Shown here piece after piece: positions 1 through 9,855 of a stretch of 57,695 nucleotides of DNA. Source of the stretch: Candidatus Methylomirabilales bacterium (GTDB taxonomy: Bacteria; Methylomirabilota; Methylomirabilia; Methylomirabilales; JACPAU01); the NCBI GenBank assembly GCA_050732195.1, contig JBOHQK010000128.1:1-57695 (forward strand). The letters run 5' to 3'. Each line of letters begins with the position of its first letter. Within the stretch, counting starts at the first letter, position 1. Under the pieces are notes generated by a model. The model made no database searches. It saw only the letters and a list, made by a program, of their open reading frames with translations, and was not told where the DNA came from. Both the position numbers and the translations under genes were made by a program.

Positions 1-294
1 GAAAACACGACCCAGGGGACGCGGATCGACTTCTCGGGCGGGTTCGCCTTCCCCCTGAACACGCGGAAAGCCACGACCCGCCTGCTGGTGGGAGACGGCA
101 GCACGGCCGTCATCGGCGGCCTGGTCCAGACCACGGAGACCGCCCGAGAGCAGAAGGTGCCCTGGCTGGGCAACATCCCCGTCCTGGGGTGGCTGTTCAA
201 GAACCGGAGCGAGAATATCGAGCCGGCGCGGACGGAGCTGCTGATCTTCATCACGCCATCGCTGGTGGAGGAGGTCCGGCAGGTCCGCCGGTAG
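1..294 (+). CDS. Secretin C-terminal fragment (PilQ/GspD family); 5' end lies outside the window
   Basis: Frame 1 is open from base 1 to TAG 292-294. The translation GDGSTAVIGGLVQTTETAREQKVPWLGNIPVLGWLFKNRSENIEPARTELLIFITPSLV is the conserved secretin C-terminal motif. Its position upstream of aro genes resembles the common pilQ-aroK-aroB synteny. Confidence 0.8.
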   Translation, partial: ENTTQGTRIDFSGGFAFPLNTRKATTRLLVGDGSTAVIGGLVQTTETAREQKVPWLGNIPVLGWLFKNRSENIEPARTELLIFITPSLVEEVRQVRR

Positions 295-318
295 GGCCGC
301 CATCCGCCCGAGGACAGG

Positions 319-345
319 AACGCACCCTCCGGGGTGCGTTTTTGC
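319..345 (+). terminator. Rho-independent terminator after the secretin gene
   Basis: AACGCACCC-TCCG-GGGTGCGTT is a perfect 9-bp stem followed by a T run (gcgtttttg), 25 nt after the stop codon. Confidence 0.75.
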
Positions 346-534
346 TTCCCGTGCCGTGGGTTTCTGAACGGGACGGCCGGGGCGGACGAGCGGAGCAGCC
401 AGGATCCTTCGGCAGGCCAGGCCCCGGGCGGAGGGCTCGCGCCGACGCGCCGGGAAGGGCGCAGGGACTGACCGGGGGTAGGGCCCGCCCGATCAACTCG
501 TGACCGGCCTCTCAAAGGGACCCGAGGAGGCAGC

Positions 535-1272
535 GTGAAGGTGCGGTGGGCCTTCGTGTCCATTGCCGGCCTGATGCTCTCCCTTGCGGTGACCTCGCCG
601 GGGTCGGCCGAACCGGCAGGCTTGGTCGTGGGCGAGGTGATCTCCAGCGCCGGGGAGAAGGTCCCGGGTGCGTCGGTCATCCTCGAGGGCATCGGGAGCA
701 CCAAGACAGACGTCCTGGGGCGATTCCGCTTCGGGGACGTCCCCGCGGGGAACTACCGGATCGTGGCCAGCCGGGAGGGTTTCTCCACGGAGAGCCGGCA
801 CCTCTTCATCATTGGGGGGCGAAGGAACGAGATCCTTATCACCCTCTCAGGCTCCGGCCCTCTCCCTTCACCCTACGAGGGGGCGGAAATCGTTGTCCCC
901 ATCGAGCGCCGGGGCGCGGCCATCCTCGTCACGGCGCGCCTGAACGATCAGCTTTCTGGGGTGTTCATGGTGGACACGGGGGCGACGTTCACGGCGATCT
1001 CGCGCCAGGTGGCGGAGTCAATCGGGATCCGGGTTGATGCGGAGACGCCGAAGATCTCTCTCCGGACCGCGGGGGGGATCGTCGAGGCCCCAGTCGTCCA
1101 GATTCGGTCCATCAAGGTGGGCGAGCTGGAGGCACAGGAGGTCAAGGCGGTCGTCCTCGACATTCCAGGGTTTCCGCCCCACATGGCCGGCCTCCTGGGG
1201 TTGAGCTTCCTCGGCAGGTTCAAGGTCTCGATTGAGGTCGAGGCCGGGCGGATGATCCTCGGGCGGCCTTAG
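535..1272 (+). CDS. Secreted protein with a carboxypeptidase-regulatory-like beta-sandwich plus a retropepsin-like (clan AA) aspartic protease domain
   Basis: GTG start preceded by GAGGAGG. N-terminal signal peptide (MKVRWAFVSIAGLMLSLAVTSPGSA). GEVISSAGEKVPGASVILEG...GRFRFGDVPAGNYRIVASREGF resembles a CarboxypepD_reg fold. The C-terminal half carries VDTGATFTAIS (DTG catalytic motif) and LLGLSFLGRF, typical of bacterial retropepsin-like proteases. Confidence 0.7.
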   Translation: MKVRWAFVSIAGLMLSLAVTSPGSAEPAGLVVGEVISSAGEKVPGASVILEGIGSTKTDVLGRFRFGDVPAGNYRIVASREGFSTESRHLFIIGGRRNEILITLSGSGPLPSPYEGAEIVVPIERRGAAILVTARLNDQLSGVFMVDTGATFTAISRQVAESIGIRVDAETPKISLRTAGGIVEAPVVQIRSIKVGELEAQEVKAVVLDIPGFPPHMAGLLGLSFLGRFKVSIEVEAGRMILGRP

Positions 1273-1338
1273 GGAGGCGCGAGGCAGGCCTGGCCGCGCC
1301 AGGTCCATCGCCCGCGGAGCCTGGAGGGAGACACGAGC

Positions 1339-1833
1339 ATGATCCCTGGATCGGAGGGGAGGCGAAGGGCTCGAGGCGTCAAAGGTGAAGGTCACCCCTG
1401 CGTTGTCCGGTGGGACGTCGCATCCATCCGGCCGGGGCACGGGGAGCGGGGGAGGACGGGGGGAGGAGCAGGTCGCTGGCTCGGGCTCGCCGTGGCCCTC
1501 ATGCTCTTCGTCCAGGGCCCGGCGGCTGCCGGGGAGCTCTGTGCCCGGAGGCCGTACGACCCTCGTTCGGGCTCCCTCGAGTTTCTGGAGATCGAGGTCA
1601 CCGGGGAGGGGATCGCCGGGAAGGTCAAAAACCGCTCCAGTGATGCCGCGCTCGGCGTCAGGGTCTGGGTGAACTACTACATCACTCGACGCAGCGGCCT
1701 GAGCGCTCAGCAGTGTATCCCGATTGGCGACCTGAAGTCGGGAGAGGAGCGCGGCTTCCACGATTCTCTGATCCCCGAGGCAGAGCGGGCGGAAGCCTAC
1801 GACTACACCGTGGATGCCCTCGAGTGGAGGTAG
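1339..1833 (+). CDS. Hypothetical protein, probably exported
   Basis: ATG preceded by GGAGGGAG with 8-nt spacing. Hydrophobic stretch WLGLAVALMLFVQGPAAA. No family recognised by eye, and coding status rests on ORF length and the SD sequence only. Confidence 0.45.
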   Translation: MIPGSEGRRRARGVKGEGHPCVVRWDVASIRPGHGERGRTGGGAGRWLGLAVALMLFVQGPAAAGELCARRPYDPRSGSLEFLEIEVTGEGIAGKVKNRSSDAALGVRVWVNYYITRRSGLSAQQCIPIGDLKSGEERGFHDSLIPEAERAEAYDYTVDALEWR

Positions 1834-2007
1834 CGAAAGGGCGCGGGGGACGGCCGCCCCGGGAGGGCGGGCGTTGACTCGTCGGCAGGTGTTGCAGTAA
1901 GGTTCCTCCGGGCGCGCCGGGCATGGAGCCGAACGGGCTCCCCGCCCCTGTGGGGGTCGGGCTTGCCGCTCGAGTGGAATCGCGCCGTCCGAAAGGAGGC
2001 GGACAGG

Positions 2008-2718
2008 ATGCGCCGATTTGGCCTCGCTCTTCTGATGATCCTGCTCGTGGCGGGCGCGGCGGCTGCCGCGGAGCACCTCCCCAAGCTGGTCCTGGCCCTG
2101 GGTGACACCTCCTACCTGAGCGAAGACGCCGTCGCGCAGGCCGGGGCCACCCTCAGGACGGAGCTGGGGGAGTTCGGCCTGGACGAGTACAGCCTGCTCA
2201 TCCTGGCCAACGTTCCCCTGGCGGCCGTCCCAGCCGGCGTGCGGGAGGGGCTTCCCGACTTTCTCGGCAAGGGAGGGTCCCTGCTCCTGACTGGCGGTCC
2301 TGGGGCCTTCGGCAGCGGGGGCTACGAGGCGATCGCCCCCATCCTTCCCTTCCGCCTCCGGGGAGGCGCCGACTGGCGGGCCAACCCCTTCAAGCCGGTT
2401 CTGCTCCTTGAGCCCGGCCACACCATCTTCGCCGGCGTCAGCTTCCCCACCATCGGGGCCTTCAATGATCTGAACCCCCGCCCCGGGGCCTCCGAGCTGG
2501 CCCAGTACGCGGGGGGGGCGACTGCCACCGGGGCCAAGTTCAGCTCCCCCCTGATTGCAGAGGCTGGCGTCGGCTCCGGCGCCGTGGTCGGGGTCGCCTT
2601 CGACCTCGGAGCCGAGATCCGAGGGGGCTGGGCGGCGGGCTCCCAGTTCGCCCAGAACCTTGTGAAGTACCTGGTGGACCGGTCCCCCCTCGTGCCCAAG
2701 CCCCGGAAGAAGCCGTGA
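2008..2718 (+). CDS. Secreted protein with a glutamine-amidotransferase-like (DUF1355-like) fold
   Basis: ATG 2008 is preceded by AAAGGAGG (1992-1999). Signal peptide [21 protein letters not shown]. The [18 protein letters not shown] motif resembles class-I GATase-like/ThuA-like proteins. Its stop overlaps the aroC start (GTGA). Confidence 0.55.
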   Translation: MRRFGLALLMILLVAGAAAAAEHLPKLVLALGDTSYLSEDAVAQAGATLRTELGEFGLDEYSLLILANVPLAAVPAGVREGLPDFLGKGGSLLLTGGPGAFGSGGYEAIAPILPFRLRGGADWRANPFKPVLLLEPGHTIFAGVSFPTIGAFNDLNPRPGASELAQYAGGATATGAKFSSPLIAEAGVGSGAVVGVAFDLGAEIRGGWAAGSQFAQNLVKYLVDRSPLVPKPRKKP

Positions 2719-3884
2719 CCATACTGCGCTACCTGACGGCCGGCGAATCCCACGGCCCCTCCCTCACCGCGATCCTGGAGGGGATCCCGGCCCGCCTCCC
2801 CCTGGCGGCGAAGGAGATCGACGAGGAGTTGGCCCGCCGCCAGCAGGGATACGGCCGGGGGGGGCGGATGAAGATCGAGCAGGATCGGGTGATCATCTCG
2901 GCCGGCGTCCGCCACGGCCTCACGCTCGGGTTCCCCATCGCCCTGACCATCGTGAACCGGGACTTCGAGAACTGGCGGGACACGATGGGGGTGGAAGCCG
3001 AGGCGAAGGGGCGGGATGCCCGGCCCCCCGTGACCCGTCCCCGGCCCGGCCACGCGGATCTGCCCGGGGCCCTGAAGTACGGGGAGCACGACATCCGGAA
3101 TGTCCTCGAGCGGGCCAGCGCCCGCGAGACCGTGGCCCGGGTGGCGGCGGGTGCGGTCTGCAAGCGCCTCCTCCGGGAGTTTGGCATCACCATCATGAGC
3201 CACGTCCTGGAGATCGGGGGGATCCGGGCGGAGGTCCAGGCATTGCCCGGCGCCGAGCTGAGGGGGCTGGCCGAAGCCTCTGCCGTCCGGTGCGTGGATC
3301 CGGCCGCGACCGAGCGGATGGTGGCGAAGATCGACGAGGCAAAGAAGCGGCGGACCACGCTGGGGGGCCTCTTCGAGGTGCGGGTGGAGGGGGTGCCGCC
3401 CGGCCTGGGCTCCTTTGCCCAGTGGGACCTCCGCCTCGACGGCCGCCTGGCCCAGGCGCTCATGAGCATCCAGGCCATCAAGGCGGTCGAGATCGGGGAG
3501 GGGTTCGACGTGGCCCGGCGGTTTGGGGCGGAGGCCCACGACGAGATCTTCCACGACGGGGAGCGGTTCACCCGCAGGACGAACCGGGCCGGAGGCCTGG
3601 AGGGGGGGGTGACCAACGGCGAGCCGATCCTGGTCCGGGCGGCCATGAAGCCCCTCTCCACGCAGTACGCCCCGCTGGCGTCCGTAGACCTCCTGACCAA
3701 GGAGCCGTTCCAGGCCAGCGTGGAGCGCTCCGACGTCTGCGCCGTGCCGGCCGCGGGGGTGGTGGGGGAGGCCGTGGTGGCGTTCGAAGTGGCCCGGGCG
3801 CTCCGGGAGAAGTGCGGGGGGGACAGTCTCCCCGAGATGCGGCGCAACTTCGATGGGTACCTGAAGCAGGTCCGGGAGCTGTGA
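2715..3884 (+). CDS. aroC: Chorismate synthase
   Basis: [26 protein letters not shown]..., [15 protein letters not shown] and [16 protein letters not shown] are hallmark chorismate synthase motifs. Length 389 aa. Confidence 0.95.
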   Translation: MTILRYLTAGESHGPSLTAILEGIPARLPLAAKEIDEELARRQQGYGRGGRMKIEQDRVIISAGVRHGLTLGFPIALTIVNRDFENWRDTMGVEAEAKGRDARPPVTRPRPGHADLPGALKYGEHDIRNVLERASARETVARVAAGAVCKRLLREFGITIMSHVLEIGGIRAEVQALPGAELRGLAEASAVRCVDPAATERMVAKIDEAKKRRTTLGGLFEVRVEGVPPGLGSFAQWDLRLDGRLAQALMSIQAIKAVEIGEGFDVARRFGAEAHDEIFHDGERFTRRTNRAGGLEGGVTNGEPILVRAAMKPLSTQYAPLASVDLLTKEPFQASVERSDVCAVPAAGVVGEAVVAFEVARALREKCGGDSLPEMRRNFDGYLKQVREL

Positions 3885-5497
3885 GCGGCCGGCACATCGT
3901 GCTGACCGGCATGATGGGCAGCGGGAAAACGGCGGTGGGGGAGCGCCTGGCCCGCCGCCTTGGACTCCCCTTCTACGACGCCGATGCCCTCCTGGAAGCG
4001 GAGGCGGGGAAGCGCATCGCCGACCTCTTCGCGGGGGAGGGGGAGGCGCACTTCCGGGCGCTCGAGCGGCGGCTCATCGGCCGGCTCCTCGCAGAGCGTC
4101 CCGGGGTGATCGCCACGGGGGGCGGGGCCTTCGTGGACGCGGAGAACCGGGCCCGCCTGAAGATAGGGGGGACGGTGGTGTGCCTCCTGGCCGACGTCGA
4201 GACCCTCCTGGCCCGCGTGAGCGGCAGCACCCAGCGCCCCCTCCTCCAGGGGCCGGACTCCGTTGGCCGCCTCCGCGCCCTCCTCAAGGCTCGCCTGCCC
4301 GCATACGCCGAGGCCCACCACCTCCTGGACACCTCCGATCGGACGCCTGACGAGATCGCGGCTCTCCTCTGCCGGGTGCTCCAGTCCCGGGAGCCCTCCG
4401 CCCGGCGGACTGTCCGGATCGCTCTGGGCGATCGCTCCTATGATGTCCTCATCGGGAGCGGCCTGCTGGAGGAGGCCGGGGAGCGGATCCGGGCCCTGGG
4501 CCTCACGGGACGAGTGGCCATCGTGACGGACGATACCGTCGGCCCACTGTACGGGGCCCGCCTGGAGGGGAGTCTCCGGATGGCCGGGTTTGAGCCAACG
4601 TGCATCGAGGTGCCGACCGGCGAGGCCTCGAAGAGCCTGGGGGAGGCGGCCCGTCTGTACGAGGCCTTCCTGGACGCCGGCCTGGATCGTCACGGAGCGG
4701 TTCTCGCTTTGGGGGGTGGGGTGGTCGGGGACCTGGCGGGCTTCGTGGCGGCCACCTTCATGCGGGGGATCGCCCATGTCCAGGTGCCCACCACGCTCCT
4801 GGCCCAGGTGGACAGCAGCGTCGGGGGGAAGGTGGGGGTCAACCTCCCCCGCGGCAAGAACCTGGTGGGGGCGTTTTACCAGCCCCGGCTGGTTCTGGCG
4901 GATGTGGCCTGCCTCCGGAGCCTCCCGATCCGCCAGCTGCGGGCGGGGCTCGCCGAGGTGGTCAAGTACGGGGTCATCGCCGACGGGGCCCTCTTCACCT
5001 GGCTCGAGGGGCAGGTGGAACCGCTCCTCGCCGCGGAGGAGCGGGTCCTGGCCGATGCGGTGGCTGCCTCCTGCCGGATCAAGGCGAGCGTGGTGGAGGT
5101 GGATGAGCGAGAGGCCGGGCCCCGGGCCATCCTGAACTTCGGCCATACGGTCGGCCATGCCATCGAGGCGGCGAGCGGATACGGCCGGTACCTCCACGGC
5201 GAGGCGGTGGCTTTGGGTATGTTGGCTGCCACGGATCTCTCCGTCCGTCTCGGTCTGTGCGTTCCTGCCCTCCGAGAGCGCCTCGCCCGTCTCCTCGAGT
5301 GCCTCGGCCTCCCGACCCGCGCAAGCCTCAAGGTAGAAGATATCGAGAAATCAATGTATTACGATAAAAAGGTGAAGGATGGTATGAACTATTTCGTCTT
5401 GACAAAGGATATTGGCTCTGTTACCGTGGCGCGGATTTTCGATCGAGAGGCCCTCCGGGAGACCCTCGCAACCATCGTGAGCCCCCCCACGGGGTGA
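3881..5497 (+). CDS. aroK/aroB: Fused shikimate kinase / 3-dehydroquinate synthase
   Basis: GTG 3881 overlaps the aroC stop (GTGA). The N-terminus has [30 protein letters not shown] (AroK P-loop). From about aa 170, [18 protein letters not shown]...[44 protein letters not shown]...[11 protein letters not shown] is AroB. There is no stop codon between the two halves. Confidence 0.9.
   Translation: MSGRHIVLTGMMGSGKTAVGERLARRLGLPFYDADALLEAEAGKRIADLFAGEGEAHFRALERRLIGRLLAERPGVIATGGGAFVDAENRARLKIGGTVVCLLADVETLLARVSGSTQRPLLQGPDSVGRLRALLKARLPAYAEAHHLLDTSDRTPDEIAALLCRVLQSREPSARRTVRIALGDRSYDVLIGSGLLEEAGERIRALGLTGRVAIVTDDTVGPLYGARLEGSLRMAGFEPTCIEVPTGEASKSLGEAARLYEAFLDAGLDRHGAVLALGGGVVGDLAGFVAATFMRGIAHVQVPTTLLAQVDSSVGGKVGVNLPRGKNLVGAFYQPRLVLADVACLRSLPIRQLRAGLAEVVKYGVIADGALFTWLEGQVEPLLAAEERVLADAVAASCRIKASVVEVDEREAGPRAILNFGHTVGHAIEAASGYGRYLHGEAVALGMLAATDLSVRLGLCVPALRERLARLLECLGLPTRASLKVEDIEKSMYYDKKVKDGMNYFVLTKDIGSVTVARIFDREALRETLATIVSPPTG
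5399..5427 (+). promoter_or_regulatory. Candidate internal sigma70-type promoter inside the aroB 3' end
   Basis: TTGACA (5399-5404), a 17-nt spacer, then TACCGT (5422-5427), embedded in a sharply AT-rich patch (about 5335-5430) of an otherwise GC-rich gene. Confidence 0.35.
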
Positions 5498-6333
5498 GCG
5501 GCATGCCCGACCCGCGCGACCTGGCGGCGGAGATCGCCAAGTACGAGGCCCGGCTGGCGAGCGAGCCACGCTCCCGCGTCTTTGCCCAGCTTGCGGATGC
5601 CTACCGCAAGGCCGGTCGGCTTGACGAGGCGATCCGGAGCTGTCGCTCCGGGCTGCGGGATCATCCCACCTACGCCAGCGCCCGGATGGTCCTCGGCCGA
5701 GCCCTGGTCGAGAAGGGCCAGCTCCAGGAGGCGGAGAAGGAGCTTGGCATCGTTCTGGAGCTGAGTCCAGGCAATGTGGTGGCGCACCGACTGCTCGGGG
5801 ACCTGGCGACCGCCCAGGGGAAACGGGACGAGGCGCGGGAACGGTACGAGACGGTGCTGCAGCTCACGCCTCTGGATCGGGAGGTTCAGAAGGCCCTGGC
5901 TCGCCTGAAGCAGGAAGTGCCGGCTCCCCCGCCGGCAGCGCCGGGGCCACCCGTCCCATCGCCTTCCGAGATCACCGCGGCGGCGACGCAGACGGACGGC
6001 GAGCCGGAACACCCCCGGATCTCGTCGGAGGGAACGCCCGAGGACCAGGCCGTTCCCTTCCCAACGCTAGGCTTGGCCACCGAGACGCTCGCGGACCTCT
6101 ACGCCAAGCAGGGGTTCGGGGAGCGGGCGGTGGAGATCTATCGGGAGCTTCTGCGACAGGACCCGGCCCGGGCTGATCTGCGGCAGAAGCTGGACCAGCT
6201 CCAGATGGCCGCCCCGGCCCCGCCGGCCGCCGAAGTCCCAGGGCAGGGGAGGGGGGACGGCGTTGCGCTTCTCGAGCGGTGGCGGGACGCGGCGCGCCAG
6301 CGCAAGGGGGCGCTACGAGGAGGGGCTGCGTGA
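5494..6333 (+). CDS. Tetratricopeptide-repeat protein
   Basis: GTG 5494 overlaps the aroK/aroB stop (alternative ATG at 5503). Repeated TPR-like units are present (FAQLADAYRKAGRLDEAIRSCRSGLRDHPTY, ARMVLGRALVEKGQLQEAEKELGIVLELSPGN, AHRLLGDLATAQGKRDEARERYETVLQLTP, LADLYAKQGFGERAVEIYRELLRQDP). Confidence 0.8.
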   Translation: MSGMPDPRDLAAEIAKYEARLASEPRSRVFAQLADAYRKAGRLDEAIRSCRSGLRDHPTYASARMVLGRALVEKGQLQEAEKELGIVLELSPGNVVAHRLLGDLATAQGKRDEARERYETVLQLTPLDREVQKALARLKQEVPAPPPAAPGPPVPSPSEITAAATQTDGEPEHPRISSEGTPEDQAVPFPTLGLATETLADLYAKQGFGERAVEIYRELLRQDPARADLRQKLDQLQMAAPAPPAAEVPGQGRGDGVALLERWRDAARQRKGALRGGAA

Positions 6334-6686
6334 GCCTCAGGGAGAGACTCGGGGAGCTGCTGGGGAGGGTACAGGCCGGGGAGGGGCTGCTCGTGATGGA
6401 CCGCGACGGCCTCCCCGTGGAGGCCTTGCCCGGGGAAGGCGGAGCCTCCCCCGAGGCCATCGGCGCTGAGTGCGTCCCACTTCTCCGGGAAGCGGAGGCG
6501 CTGGCCCAAGGGCTCAACCTCGGGGCCTGGACCCACTTTGGCCTCATGACCGTCCACAAGAACATCCACTTCGTCCCGTTGGGGCAGGACTGCACGCTGG
6601 CCCTCCTCACCCGGGCCACGGGCAACGCGGCGACCGGCCGGCGCGCCGTCCGGGAGGGGGCCCAGGCCCTCCGGGCTCTCCTCTAA
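6330..6686 (+). CDS. Roadblock/LC7 (MglB-like) domain protein
   Basis: GTG 6330 overlaps the TPR gene stop (GTGA). It is about 118 aa; [17 protein letters not shown]...[20 protein letters not shown]...[23 protein letters not shown] matches the Roadblock/LC7 pattern as I recall it. Confidence 0.6.
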   Translation: MSLRERLGELLGRVQAGEGLLVMDRDGLPVEALPGEGGASPEAIGAECVPLLREAEALAQGLNLGAWTHFGLMTVHKNIHFVPLGQDCTLALLTRATGNAATGRRAVREGAQALRALL

Positions 6687-6730
6687 CCGGCTCCTGGCCC
6701 CCGTTCTGGCCTGACCTCCGAAGGCACTCC

Positions 6731-7180
6731 ATGCGGATCCTGGTTCTCCACGGTCCCAACCTGAACCTCCTGGGTACGCGGGAGCCCGAGGTGTACGGTC
6801 GGCTCACCTTGGCGGAGATCGAGGCCGAGGTACGCCGGGCGGCGGCCGCGGCCGGCGCGGAGGTGCGGTTCGCGCAGTCGAACCACGAGGGGAGCCTCAT
6901 CGATGCCCTCCAGGAGGCGCGGGCATGGGCCGACGCGGTCGTGTTCAACCCCGGGGCCTATACCCACACGAGCGTGGCCCTGCGCGACGCCATCGCTGCC
7001 GTGGGGATCCCCACGGTGGAGGTCCACCTCTCTAACATCCACGCCCGGGAGCCCTTTCGCCGTCATTCCCTCACGGGGGAGGTGGCGGCCGGGGTGGTCT
7101 CGGGGTTCGGACTGCACAGCTATCTGCTGGGTCTCGAGGCGGCGCTCGCCCTGGCGCGTCAGCGCCAGGCGGCCCGCTGA
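6731..7180 (+). CDS. aroQ: Type II 3-dehydroquinate dehydratase
   Basis: [23 protein letters not shown]...[10 protein letters not shown]...[16 protein letters not shown]...[18 protein letters not shown] are canonical AroQ motifs. Confidence 0.95.
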   Translation: MRILVLHGPNLNLLGTREPEVYGRLTLAEIEAEVRRAAAAAGAEVRFAQSNHEGSLIDALQEARAWADAVVFNPGAYTHTSVALRDAIAAVGIPTVEVHLSNIHAREPFRRHSLTGEVAAGVVSGFGLHSYLLGLEAALALARQRQAAR

Positions 7181-7213
7181 GGCGGCCGAGACCCAGCAGA
7201 CGGAGCGTCTCCC

Positions 7214-7771
7214 GTGATTTCGTCCAACGACCTGCGGGCCGGCATGAAGATCGAGCTGGACGGGGTCCCCTACGTGGTCGCGGACTACCAGCACCACAAG
7301 CCGGGGAAGGGGGGGGCCATCGTCCGGACCAAGGTGAAGAACCTCCGCACCGGCGCCCTGGTGGACCGGAACTTCCGGACCGGGGAGAAGGTCCCCCTCG
7401 CCCGAATCGACGAGAAGAAGGTCCAGTTCCTGTACCGGCAGGGGGAGGAGTTCCACTTCATGGACTTGAAGACCTACGAGCAGTTTTTCGTGAAGGAGGA
7501 CGCCCTGGGGACGGCCAGCCGCTTCCTGAAGGAGGGACTGGAGGTGAGCCTTCTGTTCCACCAGGGGGAGGCGATCGGGGTGGACCTCCCGATCTTCGTC
7601 GTGCTGGAAGTCGTGGCCACAGATCCGGGCGTCAAGGGGGACACGGCGTCGGGGGGATCGAAGCCGGCCACGCTGGAGGGGGGTGCCGTGGTGCAGGTCC
7701 CCCTCTTCATCGAGGTCGGGACCAGAGTTCGGGTGGACACGCGGACGGGCACCTACATCGAGCGGGCATGA
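7214..7771 (+). CDS. efp: Elongation factor P
   Basis: [46 protein letters not shown] is the EF-P N-terminal signature, including the KPGKG loop. Length 185 aa. Confidence 0.95.
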   Translation: MISSNDLRAGMKIELDGVPYVVADYQHHKPGKGGAIVRTKVKNLRTGALVDRNFRTGEKVPLARIDEKKVQFLYRQGEEFHFMDLKTYEQFFVKEDALGTASRFLKEGLEVSLLFHQGEAIGVDLPIFVVLEVVATDPGVKGDTASGGSKPATLEGGAVVQVPLFIEVGTRVRVDTRTGTYIERA

Positions 7772-8268
7772 CGCGCGCCCCGGGGAAGGGCAGGCCCATG
7801 GACCTGAAGGAGCTCAGGGCCCTCCTGAAGCTGGTGGAGGCCTCCGACGTCGAGGAACTGGAAATCGAGCGGCAGGGGCAGCGGGTCCGGATCCGCCGGC
7901 GCGGCGGGAATGCGATCCCGGTCGTGGCCGCCCCAGCCCCCGTCTCCCCCCCGGTGTCCCCCGCGCTCCAGGCCGCCCCCGCCGGCGTCGCCGCCGCCCC
8001 TGCTCCCCCCCCGGCCCGGGCCGAGAACCTGGTGACCATCGAGTCCCCGATGGTGGGAACCTTCTACCGGGCCCCCGCCCCGGGCGCCGAGCCCTATGTG
8101 AAGGAGGGGCAGGTGGTGGAGAAGGGCTCGGTGCTTTGCATCATCGAGGCCATGAAGCTGATGAACGAGATCGAGGCGGAGGTGAAAGGGCGCGTCGTCT
8201 CGGTTCTGGTGGAGAACGCCCAGCCGGTGGAGTACGGCCAGCCGCTCTTCCTCGTGGAGCCCCTCTAG
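7768..8268 (+). CDS. accB: Biotin carboxyl carrier protein of acetyl-CoA carboxylase
   Basis: Pro/Ala-rich linker followed by [16 protein letters not shown]...[15 protein letters not shown] (the biotinyl-lysine AMKLM motif). ATG 7768 overlaps the efp stop; ATG 7798 ([13 protein letters not shown]) is an equally plausible start. Confidence 0.9.
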   Translation: MTRAPGKGRPMDLKELRALLKLVEASDVEELEIERQGQRVRIRRRGGNAIPVVAAPAPVSPPVSPALQAAPAGVAAAPAPPPARAENLVTIESPMVGTFYRAPAPGAEPYVKEGQVVEKGSVLCIIEAMKLMNEIEAEVKGRVVSVLVENAQPVEYGQPLFLVEPL

Positions 8269-8501
8269 TGCCGGTCCACCGAAGTGCACCCAGGATGGCA
8301 GCCGCGCCGCGGGTGGCGCCGGGCGCGGCCCCCGAGCGGCCGGGCGCAGTGGGACCCCCTCGGCCTCCTGCCGTAATGCAGCGCCTTGCGGGAGGGGCTG
8401 AGCGGGTGACGGAGCCCGGACGCGAGTGGGGCACGCCGGCGACAGGACCCGCGGTGGAACGGTCTGTCAGGAGTAGGCCGGATTCCTTGGAGCCCCTCTA
8501 G
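8265..8501 (+). repeat. Copy A of a ~240-nt GC-rich CTAG-terminated repeat element (MITE-like), in the accB-accC spacer
   Basis: It aligns over its whole length with the reverse complement of 56850-57088 (roughly 90% identity in the core by eye) and with 57178-57334. It starts CTAGTGCCGGTCCA. The 14-mer TGGAGCCCCTCTAG occurs at 8255-8268 and again at 8488-8501. Confidence 0.8.
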
Positions 8502-8504
8502 ATC

Positions 8505-9851
<1,347 letters not shown>

Positions 9852-9855
9852 CCCC

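Noticed and set aside
2729-5197. Very long antisense ORFs, including 822 aa here, 744 aa at 17079-19313, 848 aa at 27255-29801, 565 aa at 13644-15341 and 702 aa at 30020-32128.
   Set aside because: Each lies opposite a confidently identified gene. The translations are Arg/Pro/Gly/Ala-rich low-complexity sequence with no recognisable motifs. Stop-codon scarcity in GC-rich DNA produces such ORFs by chance.
8141-8434. ORFs running through the repeat copies (8141-8434 minus, 7683-8501 plus, 56850-57083 minus, 56917-57099 plus, 57128-57331 minus) that give similar peptides.
   Set aside because: The peptide similarity simply reflects the repeated DNA. It appears in different frames and orientations relative to neighbouring genes. 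The peptides are Arg/Pro/Gly-rich, and there are no ribosome-binding sites.
8265-8501. Possibility that the repeated sequences form a CRISPR array.
   Set aside because: The units are about 240 nt long and occur in both orientations tens of kb apart. There is no regular short repeat/spacer periodicity and there are no cas genes.
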